A program made the position numbers and the translations under genes. The notes under the pieces were generated by a model. That model was not told where the DNA came from and did not search any database. It worked only from the letters and a program-made list of their open reading frames with translations. From Candidatus Aenigmatarchaeota archaeon (GTDB lineage: Archaea; Aenigmatarchaeota; Aenigmatarchaeia; QMZP01; QMZT01): a DNA stretch of 64,000 nt. Shown here piece by piece: positions 18,107 to 27,691 of the stretch (the stretch's first letter is position 1; each line of letters starts with the position of its first letter). The stretch spans positions 1,041,252 through 1,105,251 of the forward strand of contig CAVSBQ010000002.1 of NCBI GenBank assembly GCA_963726265.1. The letters are read 5' to 3'.

Positions 18107-18869
18107 ATGGTCAAATCTGGCTGCGAGAACTGCGACAACTGCGCGCTGTGCTGCAAGGGCTGGGACATCGAGCTCTCGAAGGAGGATATCAGGAACGCTG
18201 GTCACGCTGGGCTACAGGCCGGGCGATTTCCTCGAGACGAAGCCGCAGCCGAGGATGAAGGCCGTCGGCAAGGAAAGGGACTGCATATTCCTGGACAGGG
18301 AGAGCAGGTGCGCTCTCGAGAAGCGCCACGGCCATTCAGCGAAGCCTCACACGTGCAGGCACTACCCGAGGATGAACGTGGAAAGGATAAAGGAGAAGGA
18401 CTACTACTTCTACGAATACACCGGCAGGACGCTCTCAAGGGACGTGCTCGTGAAAATGCTCGAGCGCCTGAAAAACGCCGGAGAGGACGAGCTCTTCGAG
18501 GTCCTGCTTTTCCAGCTCGAGAAGCTCAGGAAGCACAGGGGCAGCTATATCGACGCCTTCAACTACGACGACAGGAGGAGGCATTCCGAGCTTTCGAAGG
18601 CGTTCGCCGCGAGAAGGCTTAAGAAGCTCGCGCGCAGCAGGGTCAGAAGCGACGACACGGTGGACTTCGGAAAAATAGGGACGAGAAGGAAGTTCGACAC
18701 GGCGAGGTTCATAGAGACGCTGCAGAAGAAAATCACGGAAGGCGAAGGGATAAACCCCAACCTGCCGGACATGCTGCTCGCCTACCTGTTCGCGATAAAA
18801 AACGCCGAGCCGCGCGATGCGAAGGCGCTGGCGGCATACTTCTTCGAGTGGAACGCCAAAAGGTTCTGA
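18107..18869 (+). CDS. YkgJ-family Cys-cluster (Zn/Fe-chelating) protein, interrupted by a +1 indel near 18194
   Basis: CENCDNCALCC...CIFL...C...H..KPHTCRHYP; removing one A in AGGAACG joins the two ORFs. Confidence 0.8.
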
Positions 18870-18922
18870 TGCTGTTGCAAGTTTTTAAACCGAGAAGTCC
18901 ATGTATTTTAAAGTGATAGCAA

Positions 18923-19087
18923 ATGCCAACCTTTGAAAAATATTGCGACAAGTGCGGAGAGCCGTGCACGGCGCTCAAGAACGTGAACGGCAGGATGCTC
19001 TGCCCCAAGTGCAGGGGCGTCCATCTCCAGGAGGACGAGGAAGTCACGAGGAAACAGAAGCGCAGGAACATGTGGCTGGACAAGTAA
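18923..19087 (+). CDS. 54-aa zinc-finger microprotein (not in ORF track)
   Basis: MPTFEKYCDKCGEPC...LCPKC; GTGA SD-like site; stop codon abuts tRNA-Leu. Confidence 0.7.
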   Translation: MPTFEKYCDKCGEPCTALKNVNGRMLCPKCRGVHLQEDEEVTRKQKRRNMWLDK

Positions 19088-19237
19088 GCGGGGGTACCCA
19101 AGCGGTCAAAGGGGCTAGAATACCTAATCCAAGGGTATGGCCAAGTTTAGGTATGGCTAAGTTCAGGCGTTGGCTGAAAAGCCATGGAAATGCCTAGTGC
19201 TTTAGTAGCTTCCAGGGTTCGAATCCCTGCTCCCGCA
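19088..19237 (+). tRNA. tRNA-Leu(CAG) with two introns (30/31 19119-19160; 37/38 19168-19191)
   Basis: acceptor GCGGGGG/CTCCCGC; spliced anticodon arm CTAGG-TTCAGGG-CCTAG; long variable arm; intron 1 has a perfect ATACCTAA/TTAGGTAT helix. Confidence 0.87.
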
Positions 19238-19295
19238 TTCTCTTTCTTTTACGGGCCTGAAAATGATTTATTAGCGAGTTCCCATAATCTTAATT

Positions 19296-19697
19296 ATGGC
19301 AGTTTTCGGCAAGACGCCTGACGAAAAGCAGGAAAGGATACTGGCCGACGTCATAAACAGGATGAACGAGAACGTGCAGAGGCTTCGCGTAATCGAGCAG
19401 AAGATGCAGGCGACGGACACGCGCATGAATTCCATCGAGCAGAACTTCGTCTCCTACAACAAGAACATCCAGAGGTCGGCGGCCGAGAGGGACGCGAAAA
19501 TCGGCCAGCTCGAGGAGAGGGTGGGGAGGATAGAGACGACCTACAAGGAGATACTCAACCAGCTCAAGCTAGTCGCGACCAAAACGAACGTCGACGAGAT
19601 TAGGCAGCTCATCTCGATATACGATCCCATGAAGTCGAGTTTCGTGACGAAGGAGGAGATGGAAAGCTTCATCGATGAAAAGCTTTCGAAGCCCTGA
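19296..19697 (+). CDS. coiled-coil protein
   Basis: heptad-rich; host-like codon usage. Confidence 0.8.
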   Translation: MAVFGKTPDEKQERILADVINRMNENVQRLRVIEQKMQATDTRMNSIEQNFVSYNKNIQRSAAERDAKIGQLEERVGRIETTYKEILNQLKLVATKTNVDEIRQLISIYDPMKSSFVTKEEMESFIDEKLSKP

Positions 19698-19762
19698 GGG
19701 AAAGCGGGGAAATTTAATATTTTAAGAGGATGAAACCAAATATAATATAAAAGGGGTGTCTT

Positions 19763-20596
19763 ATGTTCAATCCTTTCGGCGGCAAGAAGAAAAAAGGCGA
19801 CGCTATGGAATCGATGGATTCGTCTTACGGAGGTCCGGCGGGTCCGCCATCTTCGAGGCCGCCCGAAAGAAGGATAGTCCCGAGCGACGAGGTAAGGGCA
19901 TTCGCGTCGCGCGGCGTCCCGGAGCCCGACATAATCAGGGCGTTAAGACGCGAAGGTTATTCCACGACGGAGATAGACCAGGCCATGAAGGAAGCGCTTA
20001 AGAACAGGGTTTCGGGCGATTTCTACAGGCCTTCCAACGAATACGGCGAGCGACCCTTAGGAGGCCCGCCCGAGGCGCCGCCCGAGAGGGACGAGCTGCC
20101 CAGGAACCTCGGCTACCCAGGCGCCGACATGGTAGATGAAGAGCTGCCGCCACCGCCCGAGCCGGCCTTGAGGGAACCCGAATTCCCGGACATGCCCGAG
20201 GGCGAATACTTCCAGCCGCAACCGAGGAGAGCGCCGGCAAGAGGACCGCAGAGGCAAGGCATAGACAAGCGCGAAATCGAAGAACTCGCTGAAGTCATAG
20301 TCGACGAGAAGCTGCGCGACATAAGAGAGCGCTTCAAGGTGGTCGATTCCCAGTTCCAGCAGATAAGCAGGAAGATGGATTCGGTCTCCGACGAGATGAA
20401 CAGGATGCGCTCCGAGAAGAGCGGCGAGGTCAAGGGCATAGAGAGCAAGATAGACGGCTACTCCAGGAACATGGATGCGATAAACGGCAGGATGGAGTCG
20501 ATGGAGAAGGCGCTGAAAGACTCGCTTTCGCCCATGCTAGAATCCATGCGCTCGCTGGCCGACCTGGTCAAGAGCATGAAGGAAAAGGGCAAATAA
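19763..20596 (+). CDS. protein with small helical N-domain, Pro/Glu-rich linker and C-terminal coiled coil
   Basis: SD GGGGTG; composition by segment. Confidence 0.8.
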   Translation: MFNPFGGKKKKGDAMESMDSSYGGPAGPPSSRPPERRIVPSDEVRAFASRGVPEPDIIRALRREGYSTTEIDQAMKEALKNRVSGDFYRPSNEYGERPLGGPPEAPPERDELPRNLGYPGADMVDEELPPPPEPALREPEFPDMPEGEYFQPQPRRAPARGPQRQGIDKREIEELAEVIVDEKLRDIRERFKVVDSQFQQISRKMDSVSDEMNRMRSEKSGEVKGIESKIDGYSRNMDAINGRMESMEKALKDSLSPMLESMRSLADLVKSMKEKGK

Positions 20597-20607
20597 AAAT
20601 TGCCTTA

Positions 20608-21525
20608 CTATTTTTTTATCTTCAAAGTTATCTTGTTGGTCCTGCCCAGGCTTTGCACTTCGACGATGCCGCGCTCCTTGAGGCCCGTTATGATCCTCGA
20701 GACCTTTGCCTTCGAGAAGTCGCTTTCGCGCACGATGACCTTCTGGTTCGCCGAGCCCTCGTGCTTGAGCAGTATTTCTATGACGACCTTTTCGTCCCCC
20801 TTCATCAGCGGCATGAGCACCTTTATCGAGTCCTGCTTGCGCGTCGTCCTCACGTAGAAAACGCCCAGGGAGGCGATCAGTATCACGGCTATCACGACGG
20901 TTATGCCGATGTCCCATATGCTGCCCATGTTGGATGGCGGCAGGCGGTACGTCACGGCGTAATACATGTCCTCCCCGTTCTCCACGCTCTCCTTGTCCCA
21001 GTAGACCATTATGTGCTTGCCGTCGCTCAGGGTCTTGCCGTTCCTGGGCGTGAAGGACTCGTTAGGCGCGTCTGTCACGAGCGTCGCAGTCGGAGGCAGG
21101 TAGACGATGTTGAAGAACCTGTTCGTGCCGGTTTCGATGGGGACGAAGCGGTTGAATTCGTAAACCTCTTCGGCCTTCTGCGTGATTTCGTCGCTCAGGA
21201 ACGATATCTCGATCTTTGCGCCGTCGTAGTTTTTGTAGTTTATGAAATCGCACGAGACGGATGACATCTCTCCTGCCCTGGTTTCACAGTCGGCGGGGGC
21301 GTATTTCGATTCGACCGTGACGTTGGAAATCCTTGCCTTGAATTTGTATTCCATGCTTTCGACGCTGGAGTTGAACGTCAGCGTAACGACGTTCAGAATG
21401 GTCGTATCTTCCTGAATCCAACTCTCTATGCCGTAGTAATCGAGATTCTGTGCCTTTGCAGGCCATATGAAACAATTCAGAGCCAGAAGGAACAATAACG
21501 CAGCAGCTATCCTGGGCTTTTTCAT
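20608..21525 (-). CDS. single-pass membrane protein with extracellular domain and C-terminal winged-helix (COG2512-like)
   Basis: signal peptide, TM, then DEKVV...QKVIVRESDFSKAKVSRIITGLKERGIV...GRTN. Confidence 0.87.
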   Translation of the reverse strand: MKKPRIAAALLFLLALNCFIWPAKAQNLDYYGIESWIQEDTTILNVVTLTFNSSVESMEYKFKARISNVTVESKYAPADCETRAGEMSSVSCDFINYKNYDGAKIEISFLSDEITQKAEEVYEFNRFVPIETGTNRFFNIVYLPPTATLVTDAPNESFTPRNGKTLSDGKHIMVYWDKESVENGEDMYYAVTYRLPPSNMGSIWDIGITVVIAVILIASLGVFYVRTTRKQDSIKVLMPLMKGDEKVVIEILLKHEGSANQKVIVRESDFSKAKVSRIITGLKERGIVEVQSLGRTNKITLKIKK

Positions 21526-21576
21526 ATAAAATATATTGGTTGCATAGAGTTTAAAAAAGTAATTTGGAAGCGGCAT

Positions 21577-22506
21577 TTATGATTTAAATAACCCTTTCCT
21601 CAGCTCTTCAAGTTTTTTAACTCTTACGCTCCCACCGGATAAACTTGAAATATTATCAATCGTATGCTCAATGTTTTTCAAAAGGTGCATATATTCCGGT
21701 ACTTTGTCAACTGACAGTTCAGGGCCATCAAATTCCGTTAGACCATCGGCGAATGCTCTCAAAATCTTTTCCCCGTCGCTCTTGTAATTATAAACAGATA
21801 CCCTTCCAATCGGAAAAAGCTTCTTTTCTCTAAAGGGTACTTGAGGCGCCGTGCATCTTATAACATGAAAAGCTGCTATTGTTTCATTATCACTCATTTC
21901 TTTATAAACTTTCTCTAGTTCCCCAAGTTTTATTATAATCTCTTCCATTTTCAACGCTAATTGTTCGTTTTCTGCATATTTTCCAAGCTCTCTCAACGTT
22001 TCTTCGCATCTATCAAACCAAATGCCTTTATCCGAACTGGAATTAAACCCGCCTGTTTTAGCGTAAAAAAATTCCATGGGGTCTGTTTTCGGATCCCAAA
22101 AAACCCTGAATTCTTTATATGGAAGCTTCTCTCTCGGTTGAGCATCTTTTCTCGGATGATCAGCATCCTTTTCAGCATCTGGAGCATCGGGGAGGGACAG
22201 GAGGAAAAGCGTTGAAAAATCTCCGTGGATATATTCCTTTAGTGGGATTCTAAAATTATTTTCGAGCATTTTAATGTGATACGCTTCTGAAAAAAATCTC
22301 CCTTTGGAAATTAAATTGCTGGTTTTGCCTATTCTGAGTTCTCCAATCTTTTCTGTAGTAAGATTATCCACGTGCGCGCAAGCTTTACTCAACTGTTCCG
22401 CGTCTCCTAGACAAAAATAGACTTCAGATGCAGCATGGACTGTATGATGGTATACTCCTTGCGCAATAAACAGGTTTGGCTTCAGAATTTCTATTTTTCC
22501 GGTCAT
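21577..22506 (-). CDS. hypothetical protein (AT-rich orphan)
   Basis: ~309-aa ORF, low GC, own TATA box. Confidence 0.7.
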   Translation of the reverse strand: MTGKIEILKPNLFIAQGVYHHTVHAASEVYFCLGDAEQLSKACAHVDNLTTEKIGELRIGKTSNLISKGRFFSEAYHIKMLENNFRIPLKEYIHGDFSTLFLLSLPDAPDAEKDADHPRKDAQPREKLPYKEFRVFWDPKTDPMEFFYAKTGGFNSSSDKGIWFDRCEETLRELGKYAENEQLALKMEEIIIKLGELEKVYKEMSDNETIAAFHVIRCTAPQVPFREKKLFPIGRVSVYNYKSDGEKILRAFADGLTEFDGPELSVDKVPEYMHLLKNIEHTIDNISSLSGGSVRVKKLEELRKGLFKS

Positions 22507-22582
22507 GTTAACTAACAAAATGTTAAATTTTATAAAGCCTTATTGTGCCTGCGGGCACGGCAAAGCGGCATGAAAAACAGCT

Positions 22583-22834
22583 CTACAGGCTTCTCGAGAC
22601 CTCGACGGTCTCGGACGACTGGACGTGCTTTATCTTCGCGATTTGCTCCTCGAGCTTCGGTAGCGTCCCTTCCTCATCGGGAATGATTTTCGTGAACTTC
22701 CAAGCCTTGAGGCCGAAGGCGATGGGATCCTCCTCGAGGCGCTGGGGCTTGAGCTTCTCGAGTTCGTGCTTTACCGCATCGAAGAAATCCATGCTTTCCG
22801 GGATTACCCTGAAAACGACTATGACGTCACCCAT
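22583..22834 (-). CDS. ef1b: translation elongation factor aEF-1beta
   Basis: MGDVIVVFRVIPES...EEDPIAFGLKA. Confidence 0.95.
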   Translation of the reverse strand: MGDVIVVFRVIPESMDFFDAVKHELEKLKPQRLEEDPIAFGLKAWKFTKIIPDEEGTLPKLEEQIAKIKHVQSSETVEVSRSL

Positions 22835-22891
22835 GTTTAACACCTCTAAAATCTATGGTTTGCCGGCGCGGCTTTGCCGCGCCTTTCGAAG

Positions 22892-23050
22892 CTACGGCCC
22901 TCTGAAGCCGCATGAGCCGCATTCGTACACGTTCGTCAGCTTCCTGCACTTGCCGCACCTTATTATCTTCGCCTTGCCGCAGCCGGGGCATCCGAACTCG
23001 ACCCAGCCCTTCTGGTTCTCTATGTTGACTCCGCAACTTGAGCATTTCAT
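22892..23050 (-). CDS. zinc-ribbon protein (COG2888/DUF1610 type; not in ORF track)
   Basis: MKCSSCG...FGCPGCG...RCGKCRK...YECGSCGFRGP; usual archaeal position upstream of ef1b. Confidence 0.9.
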   Translation of the reverse strand: MKCSSCGVNIENQKGWVEFGCPGCGKAKIIRCGKCRKLTNVYECGSCGFRGP

Positions 23051-23146
23051 ATTCAGACCTCTCGCATGGTTGTGAATGGTTGTATCAATAATTATAAGGC
23101 GATATATTTAAATATTGCTCATCATTAATACTGTATTGGTCAATGA

Positions 23147-23206
23147 CCGAGCCGGACGAACAAACAGGACAGCATAAACGGAAATGAAAACGCCGGCAAG
23201 GAGGGA
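23147..23206 (+). promoter_or_regulatory. K-turn in the 5' UTR of rpl7ae covering the Shine-Dalgarno site
   Basis: CC-GA-GCCGG (23147-23155) pairs with CCGGC-AAG-GA-GG (23193-23204). Confidence 0.75.
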
Positions 23207-23211
23207 TGGAC

Positions 23212-23580
23212 ATGCCAAAATTCGTGAAAGCGGAGATATCGAAGGATTTAACGGACAAGATTTACGAAGCCGTTGAAATAGCCCACAGCACGGGCAAGCT
23301 GAGGAAAGGGGTGAACGAGACCACGAAGTGCCTCGAAAGAGGGCTCGCGAAGATGGTCATCGTCGCTGCCGACGTCACGCCTGAGGAAGTCGTGATGCAC
23401 CTGCCGGTTCTGTGCAACGAGAAGAAGGTCCTTTGCGTAGAGGTGCCGTCGAAGCTCGAGCTAGGCAAAGCCGCGGGCATAGAAGTGGGAACCTCAAGCA
23501 TCGCCATAGAGGAAACGGGCGATTCGAAAAAGCTGGTCGAAGACATAAAGAGGAAGCTCGAAGGCCCTCAGGCCAAGTGA
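23212..23580 (+). CDS. rpl7ae: ribosomal/box C/D protein L7Ae (eL8)
   Basis: GKLRKGVNETTK...AADVTPEEVVMHLPVLCNEK...ELGKAAG. Confidence 0.97.
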   Translation: MPKFVKAEISKDLTDKIYEAVEIAHSTGKLRKGVNETTKCLERGLAKMVIVAADVTPEEVVMHLPVLCNEKKVLCVEVPSKLELGKAAGIEVGTSSIAIEETGDSKKLVEDIKRKLEGPQAK

Positions 23581-23589
23581 GCGTGAATT

Positions 23590-23790
23590 ATGGTCGTAGC
23601 AGCCGAAGTTTTGCAGGTAATGGAGAAGCTAGGAGTCAAGGGAGTGACCAGGGTCCGCTGCAAGGTGCTCGAAGGGCGCGACAAAGGCAAGGTCCTCATG
23701 AGGAACGTCTCCGGCCCGGTTAGGAAGAACGACATCATAATGCTCAAGGACACGGAGATGGACGCTGCCGGCAGGATGTCCGGCGGTTAG
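23590..23790 (+). CDS. rps28e: 30S ribosomal protein eS28
   Basis: [12 protein letters not shown]...[13 protein letters not shown]. Confidence 0.96.
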   Translation: MVVAAEVLQVMEKLGVKGVTRVRCKVLEGRDKGKVLMRNVSGPVRKNDIIMLKDTEMDAAGRMSGG

Positions 23791-23830
23791 CCCATAACCG
23801 GGTCTTGCTGGAACGCTAAAGGTGTTAATC

Positions 23831-24031
23831 ATGAAATGCTCTATGTGCAAGTCGAACATGCCCAGGGGAACGGGCAAGATGCTCGTGAGGAACGACGGCA
23901 GGATCGTCTACTTCTGCAGCTCCAAGTGCCAGAAAAACTGGAACATGGGCAGGATGGACAAGAACCTGAAGTGGACGGGCGCTGAAACCCCAAAGAAAGC
24001 CAAGGTCAAAACCGAGGCGAAGGCCCAGTAG
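23831..24031 (+). CDS. rpl24e: 50S ribosomal protein eL24
   Basis: CSMC...GTGKMLVRNDG...FCSSKC...LKWT. Confidence 0.96.
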   Translation: MKCSMCKSNMPRGTGKMLVRNDGRIVYFCSSKCQKNWNMGRMDKNLKWTGAETPKKAKVKTEAKAQ

Positions 24032-24048
24032 AATCCTGAAAGCCCGGA

Positions 24049-24453
24049 TTATTTTTCGCTTTTTTCTTCAGCCTTTTTCTTTTCAGGCTTACCTTCGTCT
24101 TTTTGCCTGCCTCTCACCCTGAGCTTGTGCAGCCAGGTCGCCAGGACCAGCACGACTGTTATCCACAGGTAGACGAGCAGGAAGCCGTAAAGGTAGAAGC
24201 CCACCGACACGGCCAGGCCCAGGCCCGCCGACGCCAGGTTCTGGAAAAGGTAGACCGGCGTCCTGAAGTTGATGTTCGTGTCCAGGAACATCAGCACCGC
24301 GGCAGCCATCATGGCGAGCGCGGCGAAGAACACGAGCACGTTTTCCGTTATGGCGAAGAAGATGAAGGACGACGTGAACAGGCTGCCTATGAGGAAGCAT
24401 CTCCATGCCTGGAGCTTGTCTCCGACCTTCTTCGGGTTGTAGAGCAGCCTCAT
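24049..24453 (-). CDS. membrane protein, ~4 TM
   Basis: hydrophobic segments, basic tail, host-like codon usage. Confidence 0.75.
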   Translation of the reverse strand: MRLLYNPKKVGDKLQAWRCFLIGSLFTSSFIFFAITENVLVFFAALAMMAAAVLMFLDTNINFRTPVYLFQNLASAGLGLAVSVGFYLYGFLLVYLWITVVLVLATWLHKLRVRGRQKDEGKPEKKKAEEKSEK

Positions 24454-24521
24454 GATAAATAATTAAAAATGGCATTTTATAAGTTCAACGCTTCCCGGGT
24501 TCGCCCAGGCATTCCATGCCT

Positions 24522-26930
24522 TCAATCGTCCACGTAGTTCGTGTCTTCCTTCCTGCTCTTCTTCCTCTCCATGCCTTTGGACCTGAACTCGTCGATTATC
24601 TTCTCGTAATACCTGAGCATCTCCGGCGTTATCGAAGGGCTCGAATTCCTCAGCGCCTCGTCGAAGTGCTTCTTCGTGACGCGGTATTTATCCCCGTCGC
24701 CCTTTGCTTTCGCCTTCGCGTTTCTGGAATCATTCGCAGTTTTCCCGGGCTTTTTTTCTCCCTCGCTGGCCATGATTTCCCTTATCGCGTTTATGCCGGC
24801 CTCCCTGCACAAAGCTTCGATGTCGGCGCCGGAGTAGCCTTCCGTCGCCTTCGCGAGCTTCTTCAGGTCCACGTCCTTCAGCGGCATCCGCTTCGTGTGT
24901 ATTTTGAAGACCTCGAGCCTCGCCTTATCGTCCGGCGCGGGCACCAGCACCTGCCTGTCAAACCTCCCTGGTCTCAGCAGCGCCGGGTCGAGTATGTCGG
25001 GCCTGTTCGTTGCGCCTATCACGACGACGTTGTGCATCTCCTCGACTCCTGACATCTGGGTCAGGATCTGGGACACCACGTTCTCCATCACCCTGTTGCC
25101 GACGTCAAGGCCTCTTCTGGGGACGAGCGCGTCCATCTCGTCGAAGAATATCACGCTCGGCGCGACCTGCTTCGCCTTCTTGAAAATCTCGCGTATGTGC
25201 TTCTCGCTCTCGCCGACCCATTTGCTCAGGACTTCCGGTCCGCGGACTGAGATGAAATTAGCCCCGCTCTCGGAAGCGACGGCTTTCGCGAGCAGCGTCT
25301 TTCCAGTTCCGGGCGGCCCGTAAAGCAAAATCCCCCTTGGCGGCGATATGCCCATCTTGGTGAAGACTTCCGGGTTCTTCAGCGGCCACTCGGTTATTTC
25401 TTTCAGCGACTGCTTCACGCCATCGAGGCCACCTATGTCGTTCCATTTTATGGTCGGGATCTCTATCATAACCTCGCGCATGCCCGACGGTTCGACCATC
25501 TTCAGCGCGTTCTCGAAATCCTTCCTGTTGACCTTAAGCTTCTTCAGGACTTCCTGCGGGATTTCCTCCTCCTCCTTCTTCCACGTTAGCTCAGGAAGAT
25601 TACGCTTCAGTGCGGACATCGCGGCTTCTTTCGCGAGCGCCTCGAGGTCCGCGCCGACGAAGCCGTATGTTATGCTCGAAAGCCAGTTCAGGTCGACATC
25701 CGGCTCGAGGGGCATGTTCCTCACGTGTATCTGCAGTATTTCCCTGCGCCCTCTCGTATCGGGAACGCCCAGCTCTATCTCGCGGTCGAACCTGCCCGGC
25801 CTCCTCAGCGCGGGGTCAAGCGAATTCGGCATGTTCGTCGCGGCGATGACGATGACCTTTCCCCTCGCCTTCAGCCCGTCCATGAGCGCGAGCAATTGCG
25901 AAACCGTCCGCTTCTCGACCTCGCCCGTGACCTCTTCTCGTTTCGGCGCGATCGCGTCTATCTCGTCTATGAATATTATGGACGGCGCGGACTTCTCGGC
26001 TTCCTCGAAAATCTTGCGCAAATTCTCTTCCGTCTGGCCATACCATTTGGACATTATTTCCGGCCCCGCAATCGAATAGAAGCTCGCCCCGGACTCATTT
26101 GCCACGGCCTTCGCGAGCAGCGTCTTTCCAGTCCCGGGCGGCCCGTAGAGCAGAACGCCCTTCGGCGGATCTATGCCCAGGCGGGTAAAAAGCTCGGGAT
26201 GGCGCAGCGGCAGCTCTATCATCTCCCTTATCTTCTCTATCGTGCCGTGCAGGCCGCCGATATCCTCGTAGGTGATGGTCGGGCCCTTCCCTGCCGTCTC
26301 TATGTCGACCGCTTCCTTCCTGAGCTCTATCTGCGTCGCCGGCGTGATCTTGACTATGCCTTCGGGCTGCGTCGCGACGACCGCCAGCCGCGTCTCGCTC
26401 TGCATGGGTATGAACGAGAAATTCTCGATGCCTATGCCGAAGTTCCTCAGCAGGTCGAACGGGTCCATGTCGTCCCCGAAAGGACTCGCGCTGCGCCTCG
26501 TTCTTGACACGGGCGACGGCGATATAACGTCGCCTTTGCTGACCGGCCTGCCGGCAAGGTTCTGCCTCAGGAGGTCGGCAACGCCCTGCGAGACCTCGAG
26601 CATCTCGTCCTTCTGTGCGGGCGCTATCACGATTTTTTTCGCGTCCTTGACGTCGGCCTTCACTATCTTTACCGTCTCGCCCACGCCGACGCCTATGTTC
26701 GTTCTGGTTATGCCGTCCATCCTGGCCACGCTGAGCCCGATGTCCGACGGGTAGGCGCGCACGGCGATCGCGCCCGTCTTCTTCTGGCCGCCGAGCTCTA
26801 TGACGTCGCCTTCCCTTATGCCCAGCTCGCCCATGGTTTTCGCGTCTATCCTGACAATGCCGATGCCAAACTCGCCGCGGTCGGTCAGTTCGCCGACCTT
26901 GAGCGCCACGTCCTTTTCCTTACCTGCCAT
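24522..26930 (-). CDS. cdc48: Cdc48/p97/VAT AAA+ ATPase
   Basis: two GPPGTGKT Walker A motifs, DEID/DEMD Walker B, RPGRFDR twice, N domain. Confidence 0.98.
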   Translation of the reverse strand: MAGKEKDVALKVGELTDRGEFGIGIVRIDAKTMGELGIREGDVIELGGQKKTGAIAVRAYPSDIGLSVARMDGITRTNIGVGVGETVKIVKADVKDAKKIVIAPAQKDEMLEVSQGVADLLRQNLAGRPVSKGDVISPSPVSRTRRSASPFGDDMDPFDLLRNFGIGIENFSFIPMQSETRLAVVATQPEGIVKITPATQIELRKEAVDIETAGKGPTITYEDIGGLHGTIEKIREMIELPLRHPELFTRLGIDPPKGVLLYGPPGTGKTLLAKAVANESGASFYSIAGPEIMSKWYGQTEENLRKIFEEAEKSAPSIIFIDEIDAIAPKREEVTGEVEKRTVSQLLALMDGLKARGKVIVIAATNMPNSLDPALRRPGRFDREIELGVPDTRGRREILQIHVRNMPLEPDVDLNWLSSITYGFVGADLEALAKEAAMSALKRNLPELTWKKEEEEIPQEVLKKLKVNRKDFENALKMVEPSGMREVMIEIPTIKWNDIGGLDGVKQSLKEITEWPLKNPEVFTKMGISPPRGILLYGPPGTGKTLLAKAVASESGANFISVRGPEVLSKWVGESEKHIREIFKKAKQVAPSVIFFDEMDALVPRRGLDVGNRVMENVVSQILTQMSGVEEMHNVVVIGATNRPDILDPALLRPGRFDRQVLVPAPDDKARLEVFKIHTKRMPLKDVDLKKLAKATEGYSGADIEALCREAGINAIREIMASEGEKKPGKTANDSRNAKAKAKGDGDKYRVTKKHFDEALRNSSPSITPEMLRYYEKIIDEFRSKGMERKKSRKEDTNYVDD

Positions 26931-27201
26931 AAAAATCACCCTCCATCAAAACGTTTTCATGCGGAACGCCTGCCGGTTCCAATGCATCATGATTTCCCGT
27001 ATTATGCCCCGGATAATAGTTACCCGGCGCGATATTAATTTCTTTCATCGTTTCCACGGCCCCTTCCAGTTCCCTGTTGCAAAAATCGCCCAGCTTCTTC
27101 TGGCCGCCTGGCAGCTTCTCCCCGGGCCCGAGCGGGAACGGCCTCTTCGGCCTTTCCATCCCTCCGTCCATCTGCACCTGCTGTCCCTTGAATATTATCA
27201 T
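26920..27201 (-). CDS. small hypothetical protein in HTH-cdc48 operon
   Basis: fills the gap between HTH gene and cdc48 and overlaps the cdc48 start; contains a QKKLGDF PIP-box-like motif. Confidence 0.5.
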   Translation of the reverse strand: MIIFKGQQVQMDGGMERPKRPFPLGPGEKLPGGQKKLGDFCNRELEGAVETMKEINIAPGNYYPGHNTGNHDALEPAGVPHENVLMEGDFYGR

Positions 27202-27211
27202 GTTCCCGCCT

Positions 27212-27463
27212 CTACTCCTGCACTCCCTGCACCCGTTTTTCGCGCTTCCTTATCCTTATGATGATAGAATGGCTCGTCTTGATGACCTCGATCTCCGGTT
27301 CCCTGCGCACCATCTGTATCATCTCGACATAGCGCCTCACCGTGACGTTGTGGATGCCCGTCCTCTCGGAGATGGCGTTAAGGCTGAACGCTTCATCCCT
27401 CTGCTTTTCCAGGAGATTCAGTATCTCCCTCATTATCTCAAGCGGGTCGCGCTTCATCGCCAT
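27212..27463 (-). CDS. small winged-helix transcription regulator
   Basis: FSLNAISERTGIHNVTVRRYVEMI helix-turn-helix plus wing. Confidence 0.82.
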   Translation of the reverse strand: MAMKRDPLEIMREILNLLEKQRDEAFSLNAISERTGIHNVTVRRYVEMIQMVRREPEIEVIKTSHSIIIRIRKREKRVQGVQE

Positions 27464-27533
27464 AACACCTTTCTTCAAATCCGATGAGGTTTTGAATTCG
27501 TTTACGAGATGCTTGCAGTGGTTTAGCTCTCTT

Positions 27534-27600
27534 CAGTATTATAACACATACATCTCCAGTATCATAACACATACATTTTGATGCTACTATTTGATACCAC
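27534..27600. promoter_or_regulatory. tandem operator-like repeats at the promoter of the HTH-cdc48 operon
   Basis: CAGTATTATAACACATACAT (27534-27553) and CAGTATCATAACACATACAT (27557-27576), 19/20 identical; TATA at ~27603-27610 on the minus strand. Confidence 0.6.
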
Positions 27601-27637
27601 AATATATAAACCTTTACATTAAGAAGTATTTAAAGAT

Positions 27638-27691
27638 TTCGTTCGTTCCGGTTCCGTTGTTCCGTTCGGTTCGTTCGTCCCTCTCCGTCCG
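27638..27691. repeat. degenerate (C)GTTC/GTCC microsatellite-like tract
   Basis: TTCGTTCGTTCCGGTTCCGTTGTTCCGTTCGGTTCGTTCGTCC..., contains no A on the plus strand. Confidence 0.75.

Noticed and set aside
16995..19237. Split or permuted tRNAs
   Set aside because: All exons are collinear and joined by cis introns with BHB-like motifs.
27534..27691. Possible CRISPR mini-array
   Set aside because: Only two 20-bp repeats separated by 3 nt plus a microsatellite; no spacers and no cas genes.
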